Shown: positions 36,611 to 49,835, counted from the first letter of the stretch. The stretch: 64,000 bases of DNA from Lama guanicoe (GCA_013239625.1 MU053652.1:5693902-5757901); one strand, 5' to 3'. The notes: generated by a model not told the origin, from the letters alone. A program made the numbers and translations.

Positions 36611-37604
36611 CTACTTTATTTACAGTCCTAGCCTTGGAGAAGAGACTTGCATATCAAAAGGGACACTTGAAATATTCTTCTCTCAGATGCAGAGATATTT
36701 TGAAGTCACAAGCATGGTCAGGAATACATCTCAGAAGAATTCCCAAATCGTTTGTTAAAATGCCCTTCAGATGTCATGGTTTTTAATATTCTGATGTTAT
36801 GGTAGATAGAAAAGCCACATTGAGACCCACTATTTATGGAGGGCCTCACTTTAATGAGCAAACAAGATTCCGTGGAACTGTGCAAACATTGAATGAGGGA
36901 TGACCATGGATTTAAATTGGAAATTTTTTTTTTGTCAGCCAAGGAGAGTTTCTTGGTCTGTCTCCATGAATTCAATTTTACAGTTTTTACTTGATGAAAT
37001 GATCAAAGCCTTTTGCTTCTGAGCGAACATTCCTTTGAAATGTAAAATTAATAGTTTAAAACTTGAAGGAGAAATAATCATGGTTTTAGATTTCAGAAGG
37101 TGGCCAGTGGTTGTGACTATTTGGAAAGAGAAATTTCTGTTTAAAAATCACGTTTCCAGGTTTAGAAATTGACCTGTCTTTTTTTCTGTAGAGGTAGAAG
37201 GTGTTCTCAGCATTTGTCCCCTTTGCATAGAGACCCTGTGGTACTAGAAACAGCAGGAGGGGTGTTGACATAAATTGATAATGAAGACTTAAAAATATGT
37301 TTTGCCATTGTAAGAAACTATAAATAATGGATGAGTAAACAAAATTCACAAACATTTAAATTCCATTCTAGATAAAGAAATCAATCCATGACAAAAGCAA
37401 AGAAAATCTGTTATGAAGGAAACAGCTTGGAAAGCCAAAGTACTGCTGAAAGCATAAAGGAAGAAGTAGTCCTTCTCAGGATTAGAGAGAATAGCATCTC
37501 TTAAACGGAAGCGTGTGGCTACTCACAATAGTAGCACATGCAAGCGTAAGGGAACAGGGGGGTTTCTAGAAAGTCAGTGAATCTTTAAAATCTAATATGT
37601 TATT

Positions 37605-37770
37605 GCCATAAATTGTGTGCCTATCTCATGGCAGGCTTTTTGCCAGTCACTTAAAAACATGTTATCCTATTACAGATATTATTATTCCCATTTTATAGAT
37701 GGGGAAACTGAGGCTTAGAGACATTACGTGGGAGAGTTAGGTTTTGAACTCCGGCCACTGTACTACACTG
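37605..37770 (-). mobile_element. MIR SINE
   Basis: Core 'attattattcccattttatagatggggaaactgaggcttagaga'. Confidence 0.85.
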
Positions 37771-40734
37771 TCCTTTAGGGGTGGTAAAAAGCTATAAAAT
37801 GTAGGTGATTGATGAAATAAAATGTATAGAGGGGTGTAGTATTCTTGTATTAAAATCAATGGGATTTTATTGACTAGTAAAAAAAAATCTCAGTCACTGA
37901 TGTCTTTCTTTCCTGGTTCACATGCTTCTTCCTAGAAGAAATGATCTTGGAAACTGTGGGCTCGATTTGGTCTCACTCACTTTTTTTGCCAGTGACTGAA
38001 TTCTTTGCTTTCCCTCCACCCCTGCACCCTTCTCCCCACTATCTCTTCATATCTCTTCCTCTGCCAAAGGTGGGTGATGGTTGTTTGAGTTGGATAAAGT
38101 GTTATTACAGTCATTTCATTTTATTTTTGTATTTTTGTATTTTATATTAGAAACTAACATTTGCAGGAGAAATTCTGTTGTATCCTTTAAGTATTTCTCC
38201 ATTTTCTAATGAATTAAGGTTTGGACAAATCCTCCAAATATCTAGAAGATCCTTATAGGTTACAGTGGAAGGACTGTTGCTTCAGAGATTACTTAGAATT
38301 CAGATGTTTGTCATGCAGTGATCTATCTAGGCAGCCATAATCCAATTTATGTTGGAAAAAAAACCCACCATTAATGCAGAAAAAGATAATAAGTGGTATT
38401 ATCCTAAGAAGATCCAAACATGGTTTTAACTATCAATCACTATCATGTTTGGGCTGCGAGCCAGCTAGTTCCTATACAACAAAGTTAGAACTGGTAAGTG
38501 CAATTTAAATATTGTTGCCAATTATTAATTGCTTAAGACAGAAGACTTAGTTTTGGGTGACATACTGTTTCATCAGAATTCAATTCAATTATAAAGCTGG
38601 AACAGAAGGGAACAAACAAATACTCCAAAAAGCAGGAGAGAGAAAAATGGCCCGTATCTTTTCATTCTGTTTTACAGTGTTTATTCTAATCTGAATCTAA
38701 TTTTGTAATGTATTTCCCACCTTAAAAAAAATGGTGGCATTTAGTCCAGCAAACTTAATAGCTATATATTATTATCAGTGGGGTTGAATTCATCTGTTTT
38801 CTAAAAAACTTTTGTGTGTGTGAAGAGCGAGGTCTCTGTATTAAAACACCATGACAGGTAGTAGATTTTCTAGTGATACTATAAGAGAGATGGGACTTTT
38901 TTCTGAATAAAATCTATTTAGGAATATTTAATTTAGGTACAGTCTCACAGAGTTGCAAGGTCTGTCACTTTGGCTCACTGATTGAACTGTCCAAACAACT
39001 AGATTGGTTTACTTTTTTCTTTTATACCACATACAGCTAGACAGCTAGAGTGACTAATATGCCGTTGGCTTGCTGGTAGTTAGTATCACTTAGCTGTCAC
39101 CTTTATTGGCAGAAAAAAATTACCGAGGAGAGAAAATAATTTAACAGTTTAGGTTTGGCTTGTTATATTCTTTAGAAGTCTATTTCTTCGGAAAAAAAAA
39201 ATGCCTTCTGCTGTAGCTCTCTGGCTCGAGGTCCTTAAAGATGCAGGTGGCAAGGTGTGGGACCCTGGTGGTGATGGCAGGGTTTTGCTGAGAAATGTTC
39301 CTGGCCATGACACTCTACAGTGTGGAAGCCAAGACTTCAGTCTCTATGTTTCTCTTGGTCTCCAGCTCTGTCTCTGTGTCTCTTCTTTAAATAATAACTG
39401 CTATATTTGCAATACTTGTGAATGTAAGTGAGCGTAAGTGGCTTTCTCCTGCAGCAGCCTTTGAAAAATGTGAAGATATTATTCCTCGTAAGCATTTAGA
39501 ACTGAAGTTGAAAGACGAGAAAGTGTTGGCAATTGTACATCACACAATTGCTTATCTCTTTTCAATAATGTACTGTTCAGCACAGTGCACGTTCCCTTAG
39601 GAAGCTCTGGAATTGCCCTTTCTTCCACTTAGAAAGAAAGCTTTAATTTCCTTCCTGTATCTACTCTGAATGGTAATTGGACATTGAGATTCTTGTTTCC
39701 TGATTTATGATGATGATTAGGGCAACAGAGGAATAATACAGATGTGGCCACTCTCACATAAAATAAAAGGAAACATCCTCTGAATAATTACAAGGCGATA
39801 ACGATGATTGTCCTCTCCCCTTACTCCTCTCAACCTTCCTGTGAGAGAACGAATGAGGCAACGCATTTGTATCAACAAACAAATGAATTGACATTTCTGA
39901 GGCTGGCTAGGGAAATGTTATCACTCATATTTCCTGCAAGAAAAAGAAATGAATTCTCAGTATCCGTAAATACTGCTACTGTTTTATCACGAGGGTCCCA
40001 CTTATAAATGCTTTGCTCTCACTGTCCCTTGCCGGCCAGACAGCCCTAAAAGGAGTGAAGTAGTCGGAGAAATGACTCATCAGGGAGGTGATGCTTGCTG
40101 AGGGGCTCACCCTGCTCTCCTTGGGGACACATTTTCCCTGTCTCTAGACTGGTTCAAGGTGAGAGAAACAGGCAGCTGTGAATGTAAGGGTCACAGGGTG
40201 ATGGGAAGAGGATTCACCAGGAAGCATCCTCTGTTCTTAACCCTTTCTGCTCAGGGCTGTACCCAGGCTCATCCCCCACCCCATGTCTATAAGCCAAGGA
40301 CAGTGAGTCCTCATTATTCTTTTCTGTGATTTGGGCTTTGTGATTGCATAATACTAACTTTGTCTTTCGAAAATGGAAACAGTCCTTGAAATATTCTCCT
40401 TATGGTCTGCTTGATGTTCCGATAATGAGTGCAATTGATTTTTACTACCCTCTATATGTTTATAACTTTTGCTTCAGAATTGAAGGTTTCTGTATGTTGA
40501 TAATCTTTGCTTCAGAATTTATGTGGGAACCCTCTCTTCGTGTTATAGTCAAGTTGGGATCTGTTCTGTAGGAACAGCGTTCACAATCTTTATAAGCTTT
40601 ATGAAAATTCTTTAAATGCAGTTTAGAATAGGAAGGGGCAAAAGGGAATGGAGAGAATGTTTGCAGAGAGCTTACAGCCATGGAGGCCTTTGTGTGGACT
40701 GTTAGTCTATAAAGGATCTCATATAACACTCACA

Positions 40735-40860
40735 AAATGTAGGTATTCAGGAAACCAAAGCTCAGACAGATTGGGTGATGTGCTTCAGGTAACACAATTG
40801 GCACATTCTAGAGATACGATTCAGATCCTAAGGTTTTTGGCTTCAAAGCTGCATCAGGCT
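40735..40860 (-). mobile_element. MIR SINE fragment
   Basis: 'aggaaaccaaagctcagacagattgggtgatgtgcttcaggtaacaca..tttggcttcaaag'. Confidence 0.65.
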
Positions 40861-41539
40861 GGACACACTTCACAGTGAAATTTGTGTTACAGTGGACAAC
40901 ATTATAGAATGTGCCAGTGTAATGATTCTAGATCAAGCTGGCCAGAGCTGACTTTACATACCCTTCAAAATGGGAGTGTTATGACAAATCAATGTGTATA
41001 ATTAGGGAAAGGAAAATGTTGGAAACCTATTTATGCTTTAATAACTGAAAAAGCACTGGTCTCCTGCCAAATTGACATTCACTTTTGGAATCAGAGACTC
41101 TAAGATACTCCTTAAATGCTACTTATGATAAATAATGCCATTTAAATGTCCACCACCTGCTACAGCACATGGCTGAGTTCTCAGGGCACCTACATTACTT
41201 CCTCAGATGGTCTTGATAAATGCACAATGATGGAGAAAGTTTCTTTTTAAGGAAAATGTTATGATGTGGCAACTAGATGTCTTTAAATATACCAGTTTTC
41301 TGTGGTTTAACGCTAAACAGTTTCCCGGGGATAACTTAACAGTTCCAAAGCATTATTCTAAATAAGGTAGTACTTATTGTATTGTAGAGCTTAATTATCC
41401 CATGTATTTGTGGCAATAACAGTGTCTATGTTGTAAAATAGGACTGGAAATGGTTTTTGATTCCTATTTCTGTCCATGTCACCTCTCCTTGGATCACTTG
41501 TAGCAAGATAACTCCCCTTCTCACCCCACTACCACCCTG

Positions 41540-42060
41540 AATCAATTTGGAATTGTATTTGACTGCAAGTAACAGAAACTCATTTGCCTTGGCTGAACCA
41601 AATAAGAATTAGCTCTCCTCACATAACAAAAATCCTGTAGATGAAGAATCTGGAATTGGTACAGTGGCTCCAGGATGTCCTTGAAATTCCAGGAACCCTC
41701 TATCTTCCAGTTCTGTCATCCTTAGTGTGTGATTTTCATTCTTACAATTGCTTCACAGTACAAGATAGCTGCTTCACTTCCAGACTCACAGTGTCATTCC
41801 AGGTAAGAAAAAGAAAACCAGGTGTCACTCGGGAAGGAGCTGTACTGCGACTGCAAAAGAAAAACTTTCCAGAAATGTCCTGTAGCTTTCTGCTTGTGTC
41901 TTACTGGGCAGAACTATCATAAAGTCAACCCTTGTTGCAAGGCAGCCTGGCAAAGTTAGTATTTTAGCTGGCCTCATTGTCACCCTAGGAAACTTAGAGT
42001 TCTGTCCCTAAGGCAGAACTGGTGTGTGGATTTGGGGTAAACAGTTAGCTGTGTGCACTC
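41540..42060 (-). mobile_element. Old MaLR solo LTR (MLT1J/K/L-like)
   Basis: 'tttgactgcaagtaacagaaa', 'ctcacataacaaaaatcc', 'caagatagctgcttcacttccag', 'ttgcaaggcagcctggcaaa'. Confidence 0.8.
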
Positions 42061-42194
42061 CAACCCCAACCCCAACCCTGAATTGTCTGCTTATATTTGG
42101 CTTTGGAATTAGAATAGACAGTGCAGGGGAAAGAAGAAAGGGGGGCCAATTCAGAGTCACCAGTTTATTTTGCATGTGAATATTCTCCCCCACT

Positions 42195-42258
42195 TCTATG
42201 TCTCAAACAGTGCTTAGGATAGAATAGACCCTTGATAAATATTTGTTGAATGAATTAA
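42195..42258 (+). mobile_element. L2 3' terminus
   Basis: 'aacagtgcttaggatagaatagacccttgataaatatttgttgaatgaat'. Confidence 0.7.
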
Positions 42259-42263
42259 TAATG

Positions 42264-42370
42264 GAATTTTTTAAGGGGAGAGGTAATTACTGATATATTA
42301 TATAACATATAAAATGGAGATACTGGGGATTGAACCCAGGACCTCATGCATGCTAAGCTATACCCTCCCC
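42264..42370 (-). mobile_element. Camelid tRNA-Ala-derived SINE with internal deletion and 15-bp TSD
   Basis: Minus strand ggggagggtatagcttagcatgcatgaggtcctgggttcaatccccagtatctcc; TSD aatgaattaataatg at 42249-42263 and 42372-42386. Confidence 0.9.
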
Positions 42371-42589
42371 AAATGAATTAATAATGAATAAATACATTTT
42401 GAGGCTTTTCTCTCACCTGCTCTTTTTCCTTTTCTTTATGCATCTTTTTTTTGTCCTCATCCTCTGTTCTAACTTCAAACGTTCTTTAAGTCCTCTCATA
42501 CATATTTATCTGTTCATTTCTATTTATTTTTCTCTGTTCCTGCTTCTCTCTATATATTATTCTTCCTCTCTTTCAGATCTCTTTAATCA

Positions 42590-42730
42590 GACTCTATATG
42601 TCTACCCCTGTTCTCTTACTCAGGTATCAGTGTCCCACATCCAATTTCCTACTACCTTTTAACTGGAATGCCTCTCTATCACCCCGCACTCAACAAGTTC
42701 CAAATGACACTCATCAGATCCACATCTCAA
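42590..42730 (+). mobile_element. L2 fragment
   Basis: 'tcccacatccaatttcctact..actggaatgcct..cactcaacaagttccaaatgacactcatc'. Confidence 0.6.
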
Positions 42731-44899
42731 TTTTCTAGTCTCTGGAAGTGATGACTTTCTTATAGTTACTTAAGTTTGAAAATTTGGTGTCTTTATTTAT
42801 ATCATTAAGTTGCATTTTGTTTACCTTGGCAAATAGCTCTAGCTGTCTTCTCTTGTTGTTGCCACCCCAGTACACAATGTGTAGGGTTTGTGGGTGGTGG
42901 TGCATGTGAGGTGGCAAGATCAGAGGTGACAGGACTCAATCGACCAGATGCTCCCCATCTAGAATGGGGCAGAGCAGAGGCTTTTGCAAGTACATGTCTA
43001 AACACCATGTTCTGGTGCTCATAACTCATGGCACAATCAGTTTGATACCCTGGGATTACTCTGCAGTAAAATTTGAGAATATTTAGCTACCTAAAATAGG
43101 TGGTCCATTTTATGGTGGTAGGTATGGACAACGTTTGCACTCTTGATGAAAAGATCACAAAATGGCATTAAAAAGCTGCATAGGTGTAGTCAAAGTAGTA
43201 GAGCATGTTGTAAAGACAGATTAGATGTTCCCACTCAGTTAATTTCATAATGCAGAAATTAGTGGAAATTTATTGAAATTAACAGGTATGAAATTTAGAA
43301 AAGTTAACACACTTGCTTCACATATTATCTCATTAATCAAGATATACATTTTTCTTTTACAGAACAATAGTGAATCATATGGATATAGTGAATGAATAAA
43401 TGAATACAGCAGTGTATCTACGGTGTCAGAACGATAGATTGAAAAGTGACAAATTTTGATACTTTCTATTCAGCATTTGTAGTCTAAAACTCTATAAGCA
43501 GTAGAAGTAAGAAAACCAGGGTTTGAAAAAACTATGAACAAAGTTACATTTTAGCATGAAACTTTAAAAACTGTATTGTGCAAGGATAATTTCTACATGG
43601 CTTTAGATTGATTGGCCACGCAGTATTTCAGAAATTTAGTGAACTCCTTCCACCTTATCCTAGATATTTCCTATAGAGAACATAAGACTTTTTAGGATTT
43701 TTTTCTTCTGTTGGGATTGAGAAAGAGCAATGGCTTATGATATAGTTCATTTCTTAGTTCACTGCGTTTGTCAGATTGAAATTCATCTCTGTCACCATGT
43801 TGTTCTTTAGGATATGTTCTTTTGATAGATAGATGTTTAGATGCGTAGGGCACAGAGCCAAAGGAGCATAGCTGGTATCAGTCACAGGCTCACATCACTC
43901 TTAGTTTCTTAATTTCCATGATTTTATGCCTTTACCCTTGCTTTGTCATTCAAGTATCCATTTATTATGAGGATCACATACAGAGAAATGTGACATATAC
44001 GGGATCCATGAAGCATCTGTTTCCTTTCAAATTTATTTCAGGCTAATTCTGGTCCCTTTAATGTGTCCAGCATTGGGATGTAGGAATTCAGGACATGTTT
44101 AAATTTCTGCCATAGTTTTATTCCCACAGGAGGAGTAATGCTGGGAAAGGAGACCAGAGACCAAGATTCTATTCCCCTTTATTGGTGGATGTATTTCATT
44201 TATTACTTATAGAGGTTCTTCTCTTCTGGACATTTTCATGTTTTTTTTTCCCAATAGGATAGAATAAATATTACTTGGGGTTTCATCCATCATAATAATA
44301 AAAAGTTACTGTCATAAGAAGAAATTTGAGGCTTGAGAACTGGGGCAGTGTTAAGTCAAAAATCTAAGCTTGTTTTGTATGACAAAAACAGTGAGTAAAA
44401 AAGGCATGGAAAAGATACCAAAAAAAAAAAAGTGCCTAATCTTTTTCTTTGGATCTCATCTTAATGGATGTATTACAACAAATGATAATAATTCAGTCAG
44501 TCAATTTGACTAAAATCATTCAAAATTTTTGCCATTATTCAGCAGTAAGTTCTTCCCTTTTTAGCTGGTTGGGCTGATGTGTTTTTATATATTTAACTAA
44601 CTTCTGTACCTTGGTTTATGTCATTATAATAAAACAGGAAAATCAGCACTATCAAAAAACACAGCAACAACCAAAACTGGAGCTAGTAAGATATTCTGTT
44701 TTTATGGAATTTTCCCTTTCTCTCCCATTTTTATGGAGGTGGAAAATCCAATGGTAAGAGTCGATAGCAGCCAACATCATGTTGATCAGAACTGTTAGCA
44801 AAGTTCAAATCATGTCTGTTGTTGAATGGCCTATTTCTTACAGTTTGAGGTCAACAGATGAGTAAAGAAAATGGTTGTGAAACCATAGGGACCTTTTGT

Positions 44900-45245
44900 G
44901 CCTAGTATGCGCCTCCCAATCTTCCTTACTCCCACTTGACCACCAATTTCCCAAACATTCCAGTTCTAGCCAATCAGCATATCCTAACCCTCTGGCACAG
45001 AAATTGGTCTCAGGATGATCATGTGACCTGATAGGAGGAGACATGTGTTGGAGGAGCAGAAAGACTCTTTTCTCTCTTCCTTGGGTATCTCTCTCTCTCT
45101 CTTTCCTTCCTTCCCTCCCATGTCAGATGTGCAGGAAGTATTAAGCAATTTTCTTGCTACTGGTCAACAGATTTTCAGGCACAAGAAGGCCAGTCATAAG
45201 GTGAAGTTGACACCTTAAGTGGTAGAAAGAAAGCATCCTAGTTGA
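44900..45245 (+). mobile_element. Old ERVL-class LTR (LTR33/LTR16-like)
   Basis: 'ctagccaatcagcatatcctaaccctctggcacagaaattggtctcaggatgatcatgtgacc'. Confidence 0.6.
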
Positions 45246-45374
45246 TTTAAAACCATCTCATTTAAAAGGAGGCAGTAGCACTAATTTAAATCCCTATTAT
45301 TTCATTACTATTTAAGAAAAATTTTAATCTAAAGTTTGAATGTGATGCTTTTAAAATCAGTCATACCATCTATC

Positions 45375-45582
45375 TGGTATTGAGTTCTTACTATGTGCTA
45401 GGCATTGTACTGGATCATTTTTGTGCCTTAGTTCATTTAACCTGCAGAACCACATTTCGAGTTAAAAACTACCATCTCTATGTACAGATGAGGAAACTGA
45501 GGTGCCAAAAAGTTAAGTTGCTTGCACAAGGTACACAGCTCGCAAGTGGTAGAGTCAGAATTTCATCCCAAAGTCCATGTTA
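45375..45582 (-). mobile_element. MIR SINE
   Basis: 'attgagttcttactatgtgctaggcattg..tacagatgaggaaactgagg..agttaagttgcttgcacaaggtacacagct..agtggtagagtcagaattt'. Confidence 0.92.
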
Positions 45583-48500
45583 AATTTGGAGATGCCTATT
45601 CTGAAGATCATTCAGGTCTTTATCCTCAATATCCTAAAAACAATCCTTTGAGGACCATTTTGCAGATGCAGCTTTTGAGACATTAGAGGAGGTAAAGTCT
45701 TGGTTATAAAAAATGGGGCAAAAAAGGTAGTGGTGATGTGGTAGGAAATAATTTGCTTTGTAAACACAATTCATCCACTGTCTGAGGTCAGTGGACTTTT
45801 TTTGCTACTCTGTCTTCCCAGTATCCCTAGGCATTCTGCCTTTCTATCTTTGACCTTGTCATCATCAATTACCATGTTCTGGGAGCCCAGATGTTGCCTT
45901 GTCGGATTAGCCTCACTCCACTCTATGAGGAATGATCCTTTATGTATCCGTAGTGGCCTGTAACTTACCAAGATCTGCTCATCCGTGGTCTCACTTGGGC
46001 CTTTCAAATACCCTGTGAGATGACTGTTGTACTCATTTTCTGTATGTCTTAGGTATTCAGATACCACTTTGCTTTAAGTTAATTTGCCCTTGTAAATACA
46101 TTGCCTTAGAAGTGATTTTTAGTTCCATCTTACAAATGTTGCTGAACTTTCTGTTAAACTATAAGTCCATGAAGAGAAGACTTGATTATTAGTTTTGTGT
46201 GCTAGGCTATCCTTCACTAGTGCCTCCTGTTGGGACATAGTCTTTTTTTTTTTTTTTTAGGAAAGAGAGAAAATAACTCATTAAATTAATATCTGGCACT
46301 GACCTTCTAGAGTTGATTGTCAAATATTCAGAAATTTTGTTAGCTGGTTATTAAACTGTTGTTAGTTTAAAGTCTATGATGGGATTATTTTATACCAGGG
46401 AAATTGGGAAACAAGGTTTGCCATGTACAAGTCAAGGTTCCCCTCTGTCTGCTCCCACCCTCAGAGAGCCAGTTTACCAGCACATCCCTGTTTACAACCT
46501 TTCCTTCGGTTCACAGACTTACCTACCCTTTGTGCATTAGCTAGTGGCCGTAGCCCAAGAGTCTTCACCAGGGGAGAAGGCGGAGGTGAGGTCACTGTGT
46601 CAGTCTCCATGTCTCTGCTTTCCTGAGACTCTGAGCAGAAGGTGACAGTTTATGTTCCCTGTAGAAAACCAAACCACAGAAAACTGTCAGGGAAAACTTC
46701 ATCAGGAAGCCCAGAATAGGCATCACCGGAAGTCTGCCTCCTTCCCTGCTCCAGCCTGTGACTTCTTCCATCCATCGTCGATTGGACCAGTGAGCTGGTG
46801 AAGCTGTAGGGATCTCAGAGCCTGTAACAGGGTGCTTTGGGCTGCCACCAAGAGAATTCCCAATTAAAAGTGATGTAAACCACAGGGATCCTTATTGTTT
46901 ACTTAACAGAAATTCTGGAGATAAGCGGCCCAGAGTTAGTCCACTGTCTTATCAATGGCCTCAATGATTCCAGGCTGTTTCATTTTCTCTCTCTGTCAGT
47001 GTATGAGCCCTTCTGGCCACAAGAAAGCTTCACTAGATCTGCACAATAGGAAATCAATTCACCATCTAAACCCTCAAGAATATCCTGGGTTTGTGACAAA
47101 GAACCCCTTGTTTCTCTTTTCTAATGGAAAGACATTCTTTAACCTTAAATAGAGGGTTTAGAGAATAAAAGGGAAATGGAGCCTCTTATGGAATACCATC
47201 CCTTTACAGTAAAAATAATTTTGAGGTATTCATTTCCAATTAGCAAGATACTCCAGTGATTCTATGTGATGAGAAGTTAATTAAGGAAGCCAGCAACCCA
47301 AGACCATCATAGAGCAGCTGTAGTAAGAACTAAAGGAAAAACAGCACGAGAAGAATAAGCAAAAGCGTTCATTATAACATCCGAGGTAGTAAAATGCGAT
47401 TTAAGTGGAATTGAAGACCCAAATGGCTGCAATTACAGAATATTGCAAAATTTTTCACATTAAGAAAAAATAACAGCACTTTTACTTTTATAGGAAGCAA
47501 AATTACATGAAGCTGCCACAGGAGACAGGATATCTAAAATTGTAGGAATTAGTGAGCATCCCTGCCCTAAGGGACTTGTTCTTCGTTTCCCATTGCTAAC
47601 ACTGTACCTGGCAGACCGAGTGAGTGTCCGCTGAGAAGACAAGACAGGAAAAGACGTAGATAGTAGAACTGTGGTACCAGTGGGGGATTGGCCATGGCGG
47701 AGGGAGCCCAGGTGGGTTATCGGAATCGAGGTAGACAGGCATCAGGTGGAGTTAGGGGGTGACACGTGTTGGATCCGTATTTCCCTCATTTGCTGCAGGG
47801 GGAACAGGATTGGCCCCAGAAGCTGGTGAAATGATTGCAAAGAGCAGAGACCTGCAGGGCTGGATCACTGTGCCCTCATTCCCTGATCGGACCAGCTTTC
47901 TGGCTCAATCTCTTTGACACCCAATATTACCTCTCCTTCTATACTGTTGGGTGAAACTAAGTAACGAAACAATTCAAGTTGATTCACAGGTGACTGAGGT
48001 TTGTATTTACTAGCTTGATTAGCTGTTTTATAATCCTTTTGGGGAAAGGAGGGCAGTCAATACAGATGTAAGGCTAGATTAGCCATAGTACTCACGCCAG
48101 TTACATTATCAGCTTAAAACGCACAGGGAAAGCATTCCATGCCAAGATGGTACAGAAAACACTGTCACACAGAGTGCAGGGTATGAAGAAAGTTTTGTAA
48201 TCTTTAAGATTTTTACTTTTTAAAACAGTGGTGTGTGAGCATGTCCAAAACTTTTTTTTGGAGATCTGCCTTTAGTACATCAGAAATGAAAATGTCCCTT
48301 AAGCACTGATCGTCATAATCCATTTTCATATTAAAAAACTACCACCCTTCCTGAGAACGCAATAAATTTGTTTTTCTTTTCTGTAGAAGAAATCATCATA
48401 GGCTTCAGACAGAGAGTAAAGAGGAAGACAAGAATATAAATGCAAGTAGTTTAAAAAATATGATATTACGGCATCACAGCTCCATCCATTCTAAGTGAGA

Positions 48501-49439
48501 TGTCCAAATCTAGTCAAATTGGAAGCATCATATTTGTGAAGGAAGGATAGAAAGCAGCGTCCTTCCACCAATTTAAATTTATATAATTAAACCTTGAGTC
48601 GCATGTGGGTTGTTGTATTAAATGCATATGTTCAAGTTCATCCTGTGACTTTATTTTACCAAATTTTGGGTCCTTTCTTTTCTGGGGCAGCATCAGCTCT
48701 TTCACAAAGAACAGGTGAAGGCCAGGTCGGCAGAATGGTTTTAAACATTGCTGTCGGTTTAAGGTTGTGCTGTTTTGTATTCCATGAAGTTCTTGTTGAG
48801 TTTCATAGAATCTGACACTCAAAGGAAATGTCTCTTAAATATTACCTCTGACTGAATAATACAATGACTTCAGAAAAAAAATATGTGAGAAAATGAAATA
48901 GTATCTAGGAAAATTAGTATAACTCAAGGACAGGAATAAGTAATGATGAGCAAGATGGTAATCTCTCTGAGTTCACGATCCTCCCCACCCGCCTTCTCCT
49001 CCTCTGCATCTTCCTTGAATTTCATCCTATACAGCAAGTGGCTTTGAACATCATAGTGACTCAAAAAATAGCTTTTGAATAATGAGTGGAAGCATAAATC
49101 TTTCTATCCCTCCCCAAGTCTGGCTCACCATATCGGATGTCCTGACTGATCGATAAGCATTTGCTGAGTGAAGTTTTTGAATTACAACCTTTTTTTCTCT
49201 AGGGGGTTTGGTCTTATAATTTTGGGCTTGTACTGTATTGAACAAGAAGCTATTAAAACGTTGTTGGCTAAAGGTTTTGATGGGCCCACTTTCATAAATG
49301 GAGCGGTCATTTAGAATTAACACAATGGTATGCAAATGAATGCTGGGAAAGGGGTTGAAATTAATTTGTTCACCCAAGTAGATGGTTTTCTTCTTACATG
49401 TTTTTTAATATATTGGTTTTCATATATATATTTGCTTCC

Positions 49440-49835
49440 CAACATCTGGCCATTTTTACCACTTCTATGATTTTTAGACATACTTGCTTACCACCTGTAT
49501 AGTTATTACTCCATGTTATCTTTAAATTGATTCACTTTGCAATCTAAATTTACTTAAAGAGACAACTTTATATTAGTACTGTGAATAGAAAACCAGTATC
49601 CTTTTCTGAAAATAGAAGGCAACTATAAAAATAAATATAATGTGATGAAAATGACGTTATTAAGTTTTAGCTAGCTTCTGTTGCCTGGAGCAAGACTAAG
49701 CCTGATTTAAATTTTCTTAAAAAGAGAGTTTGTTAAATGTTAGAGAAGTGTTAGACATACAAACACTGAACTGAGACTTTGTCTCTGGCCATGTTATAAG
49801 GGTTGGAAAAGAATCCAGAGAAGAATAAATTCATT
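49440..49835. mobile_element. hAT-Charlie element (Charlie4a-like)
   Basis: 'gaaaaccagtatc..aatagaaggcaactataaaaataaata..tagctagcttctgttgcctg..gttagagaagtgttagacata..aactgagacttt'. Confidence 0.7.

Noticed and set aside
38413-38452. Hairpin ccaaacatg...catgtttgg as a possible pre-miRNA
   Set aside because: Stem is only ~12 bp with a large loop, too short for Drosha/Dicer processing.
42059-42078. (CCCCAA)3 telomere-like or G4 motif
   Set aside because: Only three full G-tracts on the minus strand and not TTAGGG; a trivial short repeat.
49642-49705. GTGATGA...CTGA, C/D-box snoRNA-like
   Set aside because: Lies inside a Charlie DNA transposon, with no clear terminal stem or recognisable guide.
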